Origin: Candidatus Undivivens industriae
Lineage (GTDB): Bacteria > Omnitrophota > Gorgyraeia > Gygaellales > Profunditerraquicolaceae
Direction: 5' to 3'
Assembly (NCBI GenBank): GCA_012514745.1
Contig: JAAYZR010000001.1
Span: 7,877-71,876, forward strand
Length of the DNA stretch: 64,000 nucleotides
Shown: piece by piece, positions 30,535-39,794 of the stretch
Position numbering within the stretch: the first letter of the stretch is position 1
Layout: each line of letters opens with the position of its first letter
Notes under the pieces: generated by a model
Told to the model about the DNA's origin: nothing
Databases searched by the model: none
Seen by the model: only the letters and a program-made list of their open reading frames with translations
Translations under genes and position numbers: made by a program

Positions 30535-30543
30535 TGTTATAAT
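30535..30543 (+). promoter_or_regulatory. Extended -10 promoter upstream of rfbF
   Basis: TGtTATAAT about 50 nt upstream of the rfbF ATG in an AT-rich intergenic region. Confidence 0.5.
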
Positions 30544-30593
30544 TTTTATCATTTCGTAAAAAGTCTGGCCGGGTTTTAGCTATAGGAGAGGCG

Positions 30594-31367
30594 ATGAAGG
30601 TAGTTATTTTAGCGGGGGGAAGGGGGACCAGGATCAGCGAAGTAACCGAGGTCCTGCCCAAGCCGATGGTGGAGATCGGCGGCAAGCCTATCCTATGGCA
30701 TATCATGAAGATATATTCTTCATATGGTTTCAACGACTTCATAATCTGCCTGGGCTACAAGGGATATTTTATCAAGGAGTATTTTTCGCATTATTTCATG
30801 CATATGAGCGATATCACTATCGACTTATGCAAAAACAAGACAGAAATACACAGCAGTTCTTCGGAGCCGTGGAAGATAACCCTTGTGGACACCGGGCTGG
30901 ACACCATGACCGGAGGCAGGCTTAAACGCGTGCAGAAGTATGTAGGCGACGAACCGTTCATGCTCACTTACGGCGACGGCCTTTGCGATGTGAACATCAA
31001 AGAGTTGGCGGCGTCCCACAAAAAGAGCGCCGCCGCCGCGACCCTTACGGCGATCCAGAATACCGGTAAGTTCGGGGTTTTGGACCTCGGATCGGACTCA
31101 AAAGTTGCTTCTTTCCTCGAGAAGCCCAAAGACGAAGGCGGATGGATAAACGGCGGGTTTTTCGTCCTGAACCCGGAGGTTTTTGATTTCATAAAACAGG
31201 GCGACGGGACGGTCTGGGAAAGGGAGCCGCTGGAGACGCTGTCCAGGCTCGGCAAATTGAGCGCCTATAAGCACAACGGTTTCTGGAGCTGTATGGATAC
31301 TTTGCGGGATAAGATCGAGCTGGAGCGTATTTGGCAATCGGGTGAAGCGCCCTGGAAGGTGTGGTAA
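30594..31367 (+). CDS. rfbF: Glucose-1-phosphate cytidylyltransferase
   Basis: LAGGRGTRISE, PKPMVEIG, DTG..TMTGGRL and CMDTLRDK motifs; ends APWKVW. Confidence 0.97.
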   Translation: MKVVILAGGRGTRISEVTEVLPKPMVEIGGKPILWHIMKIYSSYGFNDFIICLGYKGYFIKEYFSHYFMHMSDITIDLCKNKTEIHSSSSEPWKITLVDTGLDTMTGGRLKRVQKYVGDEPFMLTYGDGLCDVNIKELAASHKKSAAAATLTAIQNTGKFGVLDLGSDSKVASFLEKPKDEGGWINGGFFVLNPEVFDFIKQGDGTVWEREPLETLSRLGKLSAYKHNGFWSCMDTLRDKIELERIWQSGEAPWKVW

Positions 31368-31372
31368 ACCGC

Positions 31373-32359
31373 ATGAAGATCAACAATGGGTTCTGGAAAG
31401 ACAAGCGCGTTTTGATAACCGGATTCGAGGGGTTTCTGGGATCAAATCTTACAAAAACGCTTTTGGGGACGAAGGCAAAGATAATCGGGCTAGACATCAG
31501 GACGGTCCGGAAGGATACGATATTCAGCCGTGCGGATTACGGAAGAATAAAAAGCTATAAAGGCAGTGTTACGAATTTCAAGCTGCTGCGGGAGATACTG
31601 CGCAAACATTCCATAAACGTTATCTTTCATCTGGCGGCGGAAGCGATCGTCAGCCGCAGCCACAAAGACCCGCTAAGGGCTTTCGACTCCAATATCGCCG
31701 GCACCTGGAGGCTGCTGGAAGCCGCGCGCGGCCGGGAAGATATGAACGCGATAGTGGTGGCTTCGAGCGACAAGGCTTACGGCAGTCATAAAAAACTTCC
31801 TTACCGCGAGAACGCCCCGCTTATCGCCGATCATCCCTATGATGTATCCAAGAGCTGCGCTGATCTGATAGCATATACCTATTACCATACTTACGGGCTG
31901 CCCGTCGTTGTCACCCGCTGCGGTAATATCTACGGGCCAGGCGATTTCAATTTCACCCGCCTGATGCCGGACGCCATGCGCTGCATTTCCCGCAACAGGA
32001 CCCTGAAGATACGCAGCGACGGAAAGTTTGTCCGCGACTACGTTTACGTGGACGATATCGTCAGCGGCTATATCAGGATAGCTGAACTCCTGAAGGCGCG
32101 CGATCTGATGGGGCAAGCGTATAATTTAAGCGACGAAAACCCGCTGACGGTTATGCAGGTACTGAAGGAAATAAACGCCCTTTGCGGTAACTCTTTGAAA
32201 TACCGGATAATGAACTCCGCCAGGTATGAGATAAAGAAACAGTATCTTTCGTCCCGGAAAGCCAGGGAAGAGTTGCAGTGGAAACCCGGCTATACGATAA
32301 AGGAAGGTTTGAGAAAGACCATCGACTGGTATCTTTCGTATTTCAAGAATAAAGCATGA
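31373..32359 (+). CDS. rfbG: CDP-glucose 4,6-dehydratase-like SDR
   Basis: FWKDKRVLITGFEGFLG, SSDKAY, YDVSK and GNIYGPGD motifs; follows rfbF. Confidence 0.75.
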   Translation: MKINNGFWKDKRVLITGFEGFLGSNLTKTLLGTKAKIIGLDIRTVRKDTIFSRADYGRIKSYKGSVTNFKLLREILRKHSINVIFHLAAEAIVSRSHKDPLRAFDSNIAGTWRLLEAARGREDMNAIVVASSDKAYGSHKKLPYRENAPLIADHPYDVSKSCADLIAYTYYHTYGLPVVVTRCGNIYGPGDFNFTRLMPDAMRCISRNRTLKIRSDGKFVRDYVYVDDIVSGYIRIAELLKARDLMGQAYNLSDENPLTVMQVLKEINALCGNSLKYRIMNSARYEIKKQYLSSRKAREELQWKPGYTIKEGLRKTIDWYLSYFKNKA

Positions 32360-33102
32360 AAATATGTTTTCTGGGCACGAACGGCTGGTATGATACCGCC
32401 GCCGGTAATACGGTATGTGTCCTGGTGGAAAGCAGGTCGGAATACCTGATATTTGATGCCGGCAACGGCCTGCATAAGCTGGACAAATATATAAAAGGCG
32501 GGAAAAGCATCCGGTTGTTTCTGAGCCATTATCATCTCGACCATATTATAGGTCTGCACGCGCTTAAGAAATTCCATTTCTCCCGCCCGTTGGAGATATA
32601 CGGCCCCCCGGGACTGAAGGCGGCGCTAAACCGTTTCCTGGATGCTCCGTATACGGTCCCGGCAGGGAAATTACCGTTTAAAATACGCCTTCATGAGCTC
32701 GGGAGCCGCGGTGAGAAGTGCCCGGATAACGTGATATACAGACCGTTAAGGCATTCAGGCCATTGTTATGGATACAGGGCGGTACTGGAAAAGAGATCGA
32801 TAGCCTACTGCACGGATACGGGTATCTGCGATAATCTTTATTCCCTGGCGGAAAATGCCGATGTTTTTATTTCGGAATGCTCTTATCGGAGCGGAACGCG
32901 GGCGGACGCGAATTGGCCGCATCTTGACCCCAGGCAGGCGGCGTTGATCGCCCGCAAGGCAAACGCAAAAAGATTGTATTTGACGCATTTCGATGCCAGC
33001 ATATATCTGACGCAGAAGGACAGGCGCGGCGCGCAAAAAGAGGCACGGGAGTTTTTCCGGAACACGTGGTCGGCAAAGGACGATATGGTGCTGTCGCTAT
33101 GA
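32356..33102 (+). CDS. MBL-fold hydrolase (RNase Z/phosphodiesterase-like)
   Basis: FLGTNG, DAGNG, SHYHLDH, YCTDT and LTHF motifs; ATGA overlaps with both neighbours. Confidence 0.85.
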   Translation: MKICFLGTNGWYDTAAGNTVCVLVESRSEYLIFDAGNGLHKLDKYIKGGKSIRLFLSHYHLDHIIGLHALKKFHFSRPLEIYGPPGLKAALNRFLDAPYTVPAGKLPFKIRLHELGSRGEKCPDNVIYRPLRHSGHCYGYRAVLEKRSIAYCTDTGICDNLYSLAENADVFISECSYRSGTRADANWPHLDPRQAALIARKANAKRLYLTHFDASIYLTQKDRRGAQKEAREFFRNTWSAKDDMVLSL

Positions 33103-33980
33103 ACAAAATGAAAGTGGGGATCATCGGCACCGGCAACATCGGCACCGATCTGCTGATAAAGGTCAGCCGGTCGGAATATCTTGAATGCGGTATATTCGCC
33201 GGCCGTAACGCCGACTCCGAGGGGATCCGGAGGGCAAGGTCACTGGGAATTAATACCTCAACCGATTCCATCCGCGCCATAGAAGAAGATCCCGGGTGCT
33301 GTGAAATTGTTTTCGACGCCACTTCAGCTGGCGTACACAGGCAGAATGCCGTCATCCTGAAAAAACTGGGGAAGTACGCCATAGATCTTACTCCGTCCAA
33401 GATCGGGAAGATGTGCGTTCCGGCGTTGAATATGGCGGAATGTCTGGACGCGGACAATATCAATCTCATTACCTGCGGCGGACAGGCGGCCATACCGATC
33501 ATCCACGCCATGATGAAAGTGCATCCGGATATCGAATACATGGAATTGGTCTCCAGCATTTCATCGAAGTCAGCCGGCCCGGGGACCAGGCTGAACATCG
33601 ACGAGTTCACCCAGACTACAAGGGACGCGATAGAATCCTTCACCGGCGTAAGGAAGGCCAAGGCTATAATCGTGCTTAATCCCGCGGAACCGCCTGTCCT
33701 GATGCATAATACCATTTACGCGAAAATGGCCAAGCCTGATTTGCCGCGTTTGAGGCGGGAGATCTCGGCGATGGAGAATAATATACGCAAATATGTCCCT
33801 GGATACAGGGTCACTTTAGGCCCAGTAGCCGAGGATGGCCGCGTTACCACGATGGTGGAAGTGGTCGGGCTGGGGGATTACCTGCCGAAATACTCTGGGA
33901 ATCTCGATATAATCACTTGTGCTGCGGTGAATATGGCCGAAGAATTTGCTAAAGAAAATATTATAAATAGAAAGCGATAA
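33099..33980 (+). CDS. mhpF: Acetaldehyde dehydrogenase (acylating), DmpF/MhpF family
   Basis: GTGNIGTDL, TCGGQA (catalytic Cys), SAGPGTRLNIDEF and GNLDI motifs; start placed at ATG 33099. Confidence 0.93.
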   Translation: MNKMKVGIIGTGNIGTDLLIKVSRSEYLECGIFAGRNADSEGIRRARSLGINTSTDSIRAIEEDPGCCEIVFDATSAGVHRQNAVILKKLGKYAIDLTPSKIGKMCVPALNMAECLDADNINLITCGGQAAIPIIHAMMKVHPDIEYMELVSSISSKSAGPGTRLNIDEFTQTTRDAIESFTGVRKAKAIIVLNPAEPPVLMHNTIYAKMAKPDLPRLRREISAMENNIRKYVPGYRVTLGPVAEDGRVTTMVEVVGLGDYLPKYSGNLDIITCAAVNMAEEFAKENIINRKR

Positions 33981-33985
33981 TTAAT

Positions 33986-35014
33986 ATGCGGCCGATTATT
34001 ATTTTTGATTCTACCTTACGAGATGGTTCTCATGCAGTCAAACACAAGTTGTCTGCAGAAAACATCTCAGATTATTGCAGAGCAGTTGATTCATCCGGTT
34101 TGTATGTGGTTATAGTCGGCCATGGGAATGGTTTAGGTGCTTCTTCTCTTCAGGTCGGACTTTCTTCTTTATCTGATTACGATATGTTATCTACCGCCAG
34201 AAAAGAATTAAGAAAAACACGGCTTGGGGCTTTTCTTATTCCCGGATTCGGTACAATAAAAGATAATCTAGCGCCGGCAATTGATTCCGGAGTAGATCTT
34301 ATTTGTGTAGCTTCTCATTGTACGGAAGCAAATATAACCGCACAACATATTGAGTATGTAAGGAAGCGAGGCAAAGAAGCTTTCGGGGTCTTGATGATGT
34401 ATCATATGGCTTCTAAGGAAAGACTACTAATGGAAGCCAGAAAAATGGAGAGTTATGGCGCTCTAGGGATTATTTTAATGGATTCAGCCGGAGCGTCAGA
34501 CCCCGATATGGTTAGCGAGACGGTGGGTTTTTTGTCTGGAGCTCTTGACATTCCGATAGGTTTTCATGGTCATAATAATCTTGGTTTGGCAATAGGGAAT
34601 ACTGTTACTGCAATAAAATTCGGTGCAAGAATTGTCGATGGAACCGTCCGCGGTTTTGGTGCCGGGGCGGGGAATTGTCAATTAGAGGTTTTAGTGGCTT
34701 TATTGGCGAAGTTAAAGTTAGAAACCGGTGTTGATTTATATAAATTAATGGACGCGAGCGAGTGCGTAGTAAAGAAGATGATGTCCAAACCACAAGAAAT
34801 AGATTCGATATCGTTAATCAGTGGTGTAGCCGGTGTCTTTTCAGGGTTTGCAGCCCATGTAAAAAAAGCATCGGAGCATTTTGGTGTTGATCCAAGGGAT
34901 GTTTTTCTTGCTCTCGGGAAGAAAAAGATGGTGGCTGGGCAGGAAGATTATATTGTTGATGTAGCTTTAGATTTAGCTAATAAGAAAGTTAAAGATCAGG
35001 ACCTATCGTTTTAA
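33986..35014 (+). CDS. mhpE: 4-hydroxy-2-oxovalerate aldolase, DmpG/MhpE family
   Basis: DSTLRDGSHA, HGNGLG.SS, HCTEA, HGHNNLG, GAGAGN and GQED motifs. Confidence 0.93.
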   Translation: MRPIIIFDSTLRDGSHAVKHKLSAENISDYCRAVDSSGLYVVIVGHGNGLGASSLQVGLSSLSDYDMLSTARKELRKTRLGAFLIPGFGTIKDNLAPAIDSGVDLICVASHCTEANITAQHIEYVRKRGKEAFGVLMMYHMASKERLLMEARKMESYGALGIILMDSAGASDPDMVSETVGFLSGALDIPIGFHGHNNLGLAIGNTVTAIKFGARIVDGTVRGFGAGAGNCQLEVLVALLAKLKLETGVDLYKLMDASECVVKKMMSKPQEIDSISLISGVAGVFSGFAAHVKKASEHFGVDPRDVFLALGKKKMVAGQEDYIVDVALDLANKKVKDQDLSF

Positions 35015-35033
35015 TTAAAAAGGAGTATAGTTT

Positions 35034-35783
35034 ATGTTAAAAGATGAACTCAGAAAAGGTTCTTTTGTTTTAGGTACTTGGTGTGATTTGCCCAGTCCAG
35101 CAGTCGTTAATGTTTTAACTAAGGCAGGGTTAGATTTCGTCATTATAGATATGGAACACGGCCCTATGGATTATAAAATAGCTCAAGAAATGGTGATGGC
35201 GGCAGAATGTGAAGGTAAAGAAGCTTTAGTCCGTGTATCTCATTTATGTGAATCGGAGGTTCTGCGTGTTTTGGATATAGGTGCGTCCGGCATAATTATT
35301 CCACATATCGAATCTGTGGGAGATAGAAAAAAAGCAGTTTCTTATACTAAATTTCCGCCTTTGGGGCAAAGGGGTTTTAATCCATATGTGCGTAGCGGTT
35401 CATATCATAAGGCTAAAGCAGATTATTTTAGTGAACAAAACAAGAAAGTGATTTTAGGATTGATTCTAGAAGGCAAAAAAGCTTTAAAAGACTTGACTAA
35501 AATTATAGACGATTCATATGTAGATTTGATTTATCTTGGTACTTATGATTTATCTCTATCTTTAGGATTGTCTGGTGATGTTGGACATCCGAAGCTGTTG
35601 CGTGAATTGGAGAAAGCGGTTAAGAAGATAATTAAAGCTAAGAAAAGCGTTGGTTGCATGATCCACAATCCGGCGGATTTAAGAAAGTTTAAGGATTTAG
35701 GCATTCGGTTTATTACGTATAAAGTGGATACTGCTATTGTCTATGATTCTGTGGCAGAAATTAAAAGGGAGTTCGACAGATGA
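35034..35783 (+). CDS. HpcH/HpaI class II pyruvate aldolase
   Basis: DFVIIDMEHG, LDIGASGIIIPHI, FPPLGQRG and GTYDLS motifs. Confidence 0.9.
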   Translation: MLKDELRKGSFVLGTWCDLPSPAVVNVLTKAGLDFVIIDMEHGPMDYKIAQEMVMAAECEGKEALVRVSHLCESEVLRVLDIGASGIIIPHIESVGDRKKAVSYTKFPPLGQRGFNPYVRSGSYHKAKADYFSEQNKKVILGLILEGKKALKDLTKIIDDSYVDLIYLGTYDLSLSLGLSGDVGHPKLLRELEKAVKKIIKAKKSVGCMIHNPADLRKFKDLGIRFITYKVDTAIVYDSVAEIKREFDR

Positions 35784-37585
35784 TGAAATTGTCAGATTAT
35801 ATAGTTAAGTTCCTGGAAGACCATGGTATTAGTGATGTTTTTATGCTTACTGGAGGCGGATGTATGCACTTGGTTGATTCTTTCGGTAAGTCAAACAAAA
35901 TAAAATATTTATGTTGTCATCATGAACAGGCTTGTGCAATGGGGGCCGAAGGTTATGCGAAGTTCAAGAATGATTTAGGCGTAGTCTTGGTAACCAGCGG
36001 TCCTGGAGCAACAAATGCCATAACCGGTTTGGTCGGAGCATTTCAAGACTCGGTACCATGTTTATTTATTTCTGGACAGGCAAAAAGGCGACAGACTGTT
36101 TTTAATGAAAGAGAAATAAAGCTGCGGCAATTCGGCACACAAGAAGTTAATATTATTCCTATGGTGGACTCTGTTTGTAAGTTCTCAGTCATGATTAATG
36201 AACCGGAAAAGATTCGTTATTATCTGGAGAAAGCGATTTATTTAGCTAAGAATGGAAGACCCGGACCGGTTTGGCTGGATATCCCCCTTGATGTTCAAAG
36301 TTCCCAGATTGATGAGTTATCTCTTCAAAAGTTTGAGCTTTCCGAGCACATATATGATTGTTTAAAAAGCCCGGGACAGATGGAAGTCTGTTATATAGCC
36401 AAACAACTAATGAGTGCTGAACGTCCAGTTATTATTGCCGGACACGGTATAAGATTGGCCGGGGCATGTTCCGCATTTATTGAGTTTGTCGAACAATTTG
36501 ATATTCCGGTAGTTACAAGCATTATGGGAATTGATGTAATTCCGTCGAATCATAAGAATTATGTAGGAAGAATTGGAATTAAAGGCACCCGGGCCGGCAA
36601 TTTTGCCGTGCAAAATGCGGATTTGATTATAAGCATAGGCTCAAGACTATCCATCCCTTCGATAGGACATGAATATAAATTATTTGGCCGAGAAGCGAAG
36701 ATTATAGCGGTCGATATTGATTTAGAAGAGCACAAGAAGAAAACAATTCATATAGATAAAATAGTTCAGACCGATGCCGGAATTTTTATAAAAGACATCC
36801 GGAAATATTTAAAGAAAAAGGAAATGGCAATATCGAAAAATTGGCCACAAAAATGCCAGGGATGGAAAAGACGCTATCCGGTTTGTCAACCTGAGTATAA
36901 AAGATCATGTGGAGATCTTAATTTATATTATTGTATTGAAGCGATAAACAAAAAGATTCCTTCGTCAGTTCCGGTAGTCTCAGATGCAGGTTCCGTATTT
37001 TATGCCGTTGCGCAGGGGATCAGTATCAAGAAAGGCCAGCGATATATTACGTCTGGAGCGTTGGCAACCATGGGATTCAGTTTGCCTGCAGCTATAGGGG
37101 TTTGTATCGCTCATAACAGAAGAAAAGTTGTTGCGATAACAGGTGACGGTTCATTTCAAATGAATATGCAAGAGTTGCAAACAATCGTTCATCATAAACT
37201 GCCGGTTAAAGTCTTCGTTGTTAACAATAACGGCTATTTATCTATACGTCAAACTCAGACAAGATTCTTTAACTCGCGTTTTGTCGGTGAAGGAAAAAGT
37301 TCTGGTGTCTCTTTCCCAGATCTTAAAAAATTAGCCGAAGCATACGGTATCAAATATGTAAATTTGGACTCTACTAATCTATGCAAAGGTCTGGATCAGG
37401 TTTTAAAAGGAGATGCTCCGGTTCTTTGTGAGGTAAGATCACTGGTTGATCAACGTATCATTCCTACGAACACGGCGGAGATCAACTCAAATGGGGTTAT
37501 GGTTTCAAAACCATTAGAAGATATGTATCCTTTTCTTGACCGTAAAACATTTCGCTCTGAAATGATCGTAAAACCAGTTGAATAA
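35780..37585 (+). CDS. ThDP-dependent carboligase (acetolactate synthase fold, YerE-like)
   Basis: GGGCMHL, HHEQA, TSGPG and GDGSFQMN..NNNGY motifs; lies inside a CDP-sugar operon with no ilvN/ilvC nearby. Confidence 0.85.
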   Translation: MMKLSDYIVKFLEDHGISDVFMLTGGGCMHLVDSFGKSNKIKYLCCHHEQACAMGAEGYAKFKNDLGVVLVTSGPGATNAITGLVGAFQDSVPCLFISGQAKRRQTVFNEREIKLRQFGTQEVNIIPMVDSVCKFSVMINEPEKIRYYLEKAIYLAKNGRPGPVWLDIPLDVQSSQIDELSLQKFELSEHIYDCLKSPGQMEVCYIAKQLMSAERPVIIAGHGIRLAGACSAFIEFVEQFDIPVVTSIMGIDVIPSNHKNYVGRIGIKGTRAGNFAVQNADLIISIGSRLSIPSIGHEYKLFGREAKIIAVDIDLEEHKKKTIHIDKIVQTDAGIFIKDIRKYLKKKEMAISKNWPQKCQGWKRRYPVCQPEYKRSCGDLNLYYCIEAINKKIPSSVPVVSDAGSVFYAVAQGISIKKGQRYITSGALATMGFSLPAAIGVCIAHNRRKVVAITGDGSFQMNMQELQTIVHHKLPVKVFVVNNNGYLSIRQTQTRFFNSRFVGEGKSSGVSFPDLKKLAEAYGIKYVNLDSTNLCKGLDQVLKGDAPVLCEVRSLVDQRIIPTNTAEINSNGVMVSKPLEDMYPFLDRKTFRSEMIVKPVE

Positions 37586-38471
37586 AATGCAGAGACGTAT
37601 TGCCATATTAGGGGCAACTAGCCATATTGCAAAAGGGTTAATTCTGAATTTCCTGCAAAACACGAAAAACTCCTTATTTTTATTTGCCAGAAGGCCACAA
37701 GATGTAATATCGTTTTTACAAGTAAACGGTTGTGAATTATTTCCAAAAATACAAGATTTTGCTAAATTCGAAAATAATAAGTATGACATTATTATTAATT
37801 GTGTCGGTTTGGGAACTCCCAATAAAGTCAAGATGGAGAATAACCAGATATTTAATCTTACGGAGAGATTTGATAATTTAGTCCTTGAATATCTCAAAAA
37901 ATATCGTAAAGCCTGCTATATTAATTTAAGTAGTGGCGCTGTTTATTCTGTAGCTTGTGATGACATAAGACCGGAACATTATTACGGTATCGCAAAATTG
38001 TACCAAGAGGCAAGACATCGTTCGTTGAACAAGTTACATATTGTAGATATACGGATTTTTTCGTACTTTAGCCGGTTTATCGACCTTAATTCCGGTTTTT
38101 TTCTAACGGACATAATAAAGTGCATAAAGACTGGAACGATTTTAGAAACTAATTCATCTGATTTTATCCGGGATTATCTTTCGCCTCAAGATTTTTTTAA
38201 CTTAATATGCCTGATTATAGGAAAAAGGTTTTCTAATTTTGTTGTTGATGCATATAGTGCTGCTCCAATCAGGAAATTTGAATTATTGGGATTTCTTACT
38301 AAAAAATATGCTTTGAAATATAAAATTAGGAACAATTTAAAGTTGGATTCTCCCACGGGTAAAAAAGACACTTATTTTTCGCGTTCGCGAAAAGCTTTAT
38401 CGTTATTAGGCTATAAACCAAAAAATTCATCTCTCGAAACAATTGCGGCCGAGATAATACATATACCCTAA
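37578..38471 (+). CDS. NAD-dependent epimerase/reductase (extended SDR)
   Basis: ILGATSHIA, SSGAVY, YGIAK and RDY motifs; alternative start at ATG 37587. Confidence 0.8.
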   Translation: MNKMQRRIAILGATSHIAKGLILNFLQNTKNSLFLFARRPQDVISFLQVNGCELFPKIQDFAKFENNKYDIIINCVGLGTPNKVKMENNQIFNLTERFDNLVLEYLKKYRKACYINLSSGAVYSVACDDIRPEHYYGIAKLYQEARHRSLNKLHIVDIRIFSYFSRFIDLNSGFFLTDIIKCIKTGTILETNSSDFIRDYLSPQDFFNLICLIIGKRFSNFVVDAYSAAPIRKFELLGFLTKKYALKYKIRNNLKLDSPTGKKDTYFSRSRKALSLLGYKPKNSSLETIAAEIIHIP

Positions 38472-38475
38472 TGAT

Positions 38476-39792
38476 ATGAATAAACATGAAAAAATACGAA
38501 AAGCTATATTAAAGCAAACTAGACTATATTTCGCTTCAGCACAGCGGAAGAAGTTTATTGAAGGGACTCACTATATATCATACGCAGGCAGGGTCTACGA
38601 CCAAGAAGAACTAACGGCTTTGGTTGATTCGGCGCTGGATTTCTGGCTGACAGCCGGCAGGTACGCGAGGCTTTTCGAAGAGAAACTCGCGGAGTTCACG
38701 GGAGCGAGGTATTCGATCCTGACCAACTCCGGCTCCTCCGCCGACCTGCTGGCCGTTACCGCCCTGACATCCCCGCTGCTTAAGGACCGCCGTCTCAAAC
38801 CGGGGGACGAGGTGATAACCACGGCCTGCGGTTTTCCCACTACCGTCAATCCCATACTGCAGAACGGGCTCGTTCCGGTTTTTGTGGATGTTTCACTCGG
38901 CACATACAACATAAATACAGATTTGCTGGAGCGGGCGATTTCTTCAAAAACGCGCGCTTTGATAATAGCGCATACTCTTGGTAATCCCGCAGACCTGGAT
39001 GCCATAACGCGTTTTTGCAGAAAACACAAATTATGGTTCATTGAGGATAATTGCGACGCCCTCGGCTCGCGGTACGCAGGACGGTCCACAGGGACGTTCG
39101 GCGATATCGGCACATGCAGTTTTTATCCGGCGCACCATATAACCATGGGAGAGGGTGGGGCTCTCCTTACCAACGACCCTTTATTGAGAAGAATAATACT
39201 TTCCTTCCGCGATTGGGGCAGGGACTGCTGGTGTGAATCGGGGCGTGACGATACCTGCAAAAAGCGTTTCAGCCAGAAGTTCGGTGGATTGCCGTTCGGT
39301 TACGACCACAAATACGTTTATTCCCACATAGGTTACAATTTAAAGGTTACCGATATGCAAGCGGCAATTGGCTGCGCACAGTTGAAGAAACTGCCCGGTT
39401 TCATAGCTCAGCGAAAGAGAAATTTCGCGTTTTTCTACGATGCTTTTAAGAAATACGAAGATTACCTATTTCTGCCGCGATGGGAGCGTAAGTCTAATCC
39501 GAGTTGGTTCGGATTTCCCATACTGGTAAGGGATGACGCGCCGTTCAGCCGCAACGATATCGTTGCTTATCTCGAAGGGAAGAAGATTGCAACCCGTATG
39601 CTTTTCGGGGGAAACCTTACAAAGCAGCCGGCTTACAAAAACACGAAATACCGTGTGGCAGGAAGACTGGATAATACCGACGAAGTGATGAACAAGCTGT
39701 TTTGGATCGGAGTATACCCGGGCATAAAAAAACCGCAGAGGGATTTTATTGTCCGGACGTTCAGGGACTTCTTCAAAGAAAAGGCGGTATAG
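38476..39792 (+). CDS. rfbH: CDP-4-keto-6-deoxyglucose 3-dehydratase (E1)
   Basis: NSGSSA, EDNCDALG, SFYPAHHITMGEGG (His in place of Lys), RDWGRDCWC......TC Fe-S motif and YDHKY. Confidence 0.95.
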   Translation: MNKHEKIRKAILKQTRLYFASAQRKKFIEGTHYISYAGRVYDQEELTALVDSALDFWLTAGRYARLFEEKLAEFTGARYSILTNSGSSADLLAVTALTSPLLKDRRLKPGDEVITTACGFPTTVNPILQNGLVPVFVDVSLGTYNINTDLLERAISSKTRALIIAHTLGNPADLDAITRFCRKHKLWFIEDNCDALGSRYAGRSTGTFGDIGTCSFYPAHHITMGEGGALLTNDPLLRRIILSFRDWGRDCWCESGRDDTCKKRFSQKFGGLPFGYDHKYVYSHIGYNLKVTDMQAAIGCAQLKKLPGFIAQRKRNFAFFYDAFKKYEDYLFLPRWERKSNPSWFGFPILVRDDAPFSRNDIVAYLEGKKIATRMLFGGNLTKQPAYKNTKYRVAGRLDNTDEVMNKLFWIGVYPGIKKPQRDFIVRTFRDFFKEKAV

Positions 39793-39794
39793 GT

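Noticed and set aside
33099-35014. Aromatic meta-cleavage pathway
   Set aside because: No dioxygenase, hydrolase or hydratase genes; the pair is embedded in a nucleotide-sugar operon.
35780-37585. ilvB for branched-chain amino acid synthesis
   Set aside because: No ilvN, ilvC or ilvD nearby; context favours a sugar-branching carboligase.
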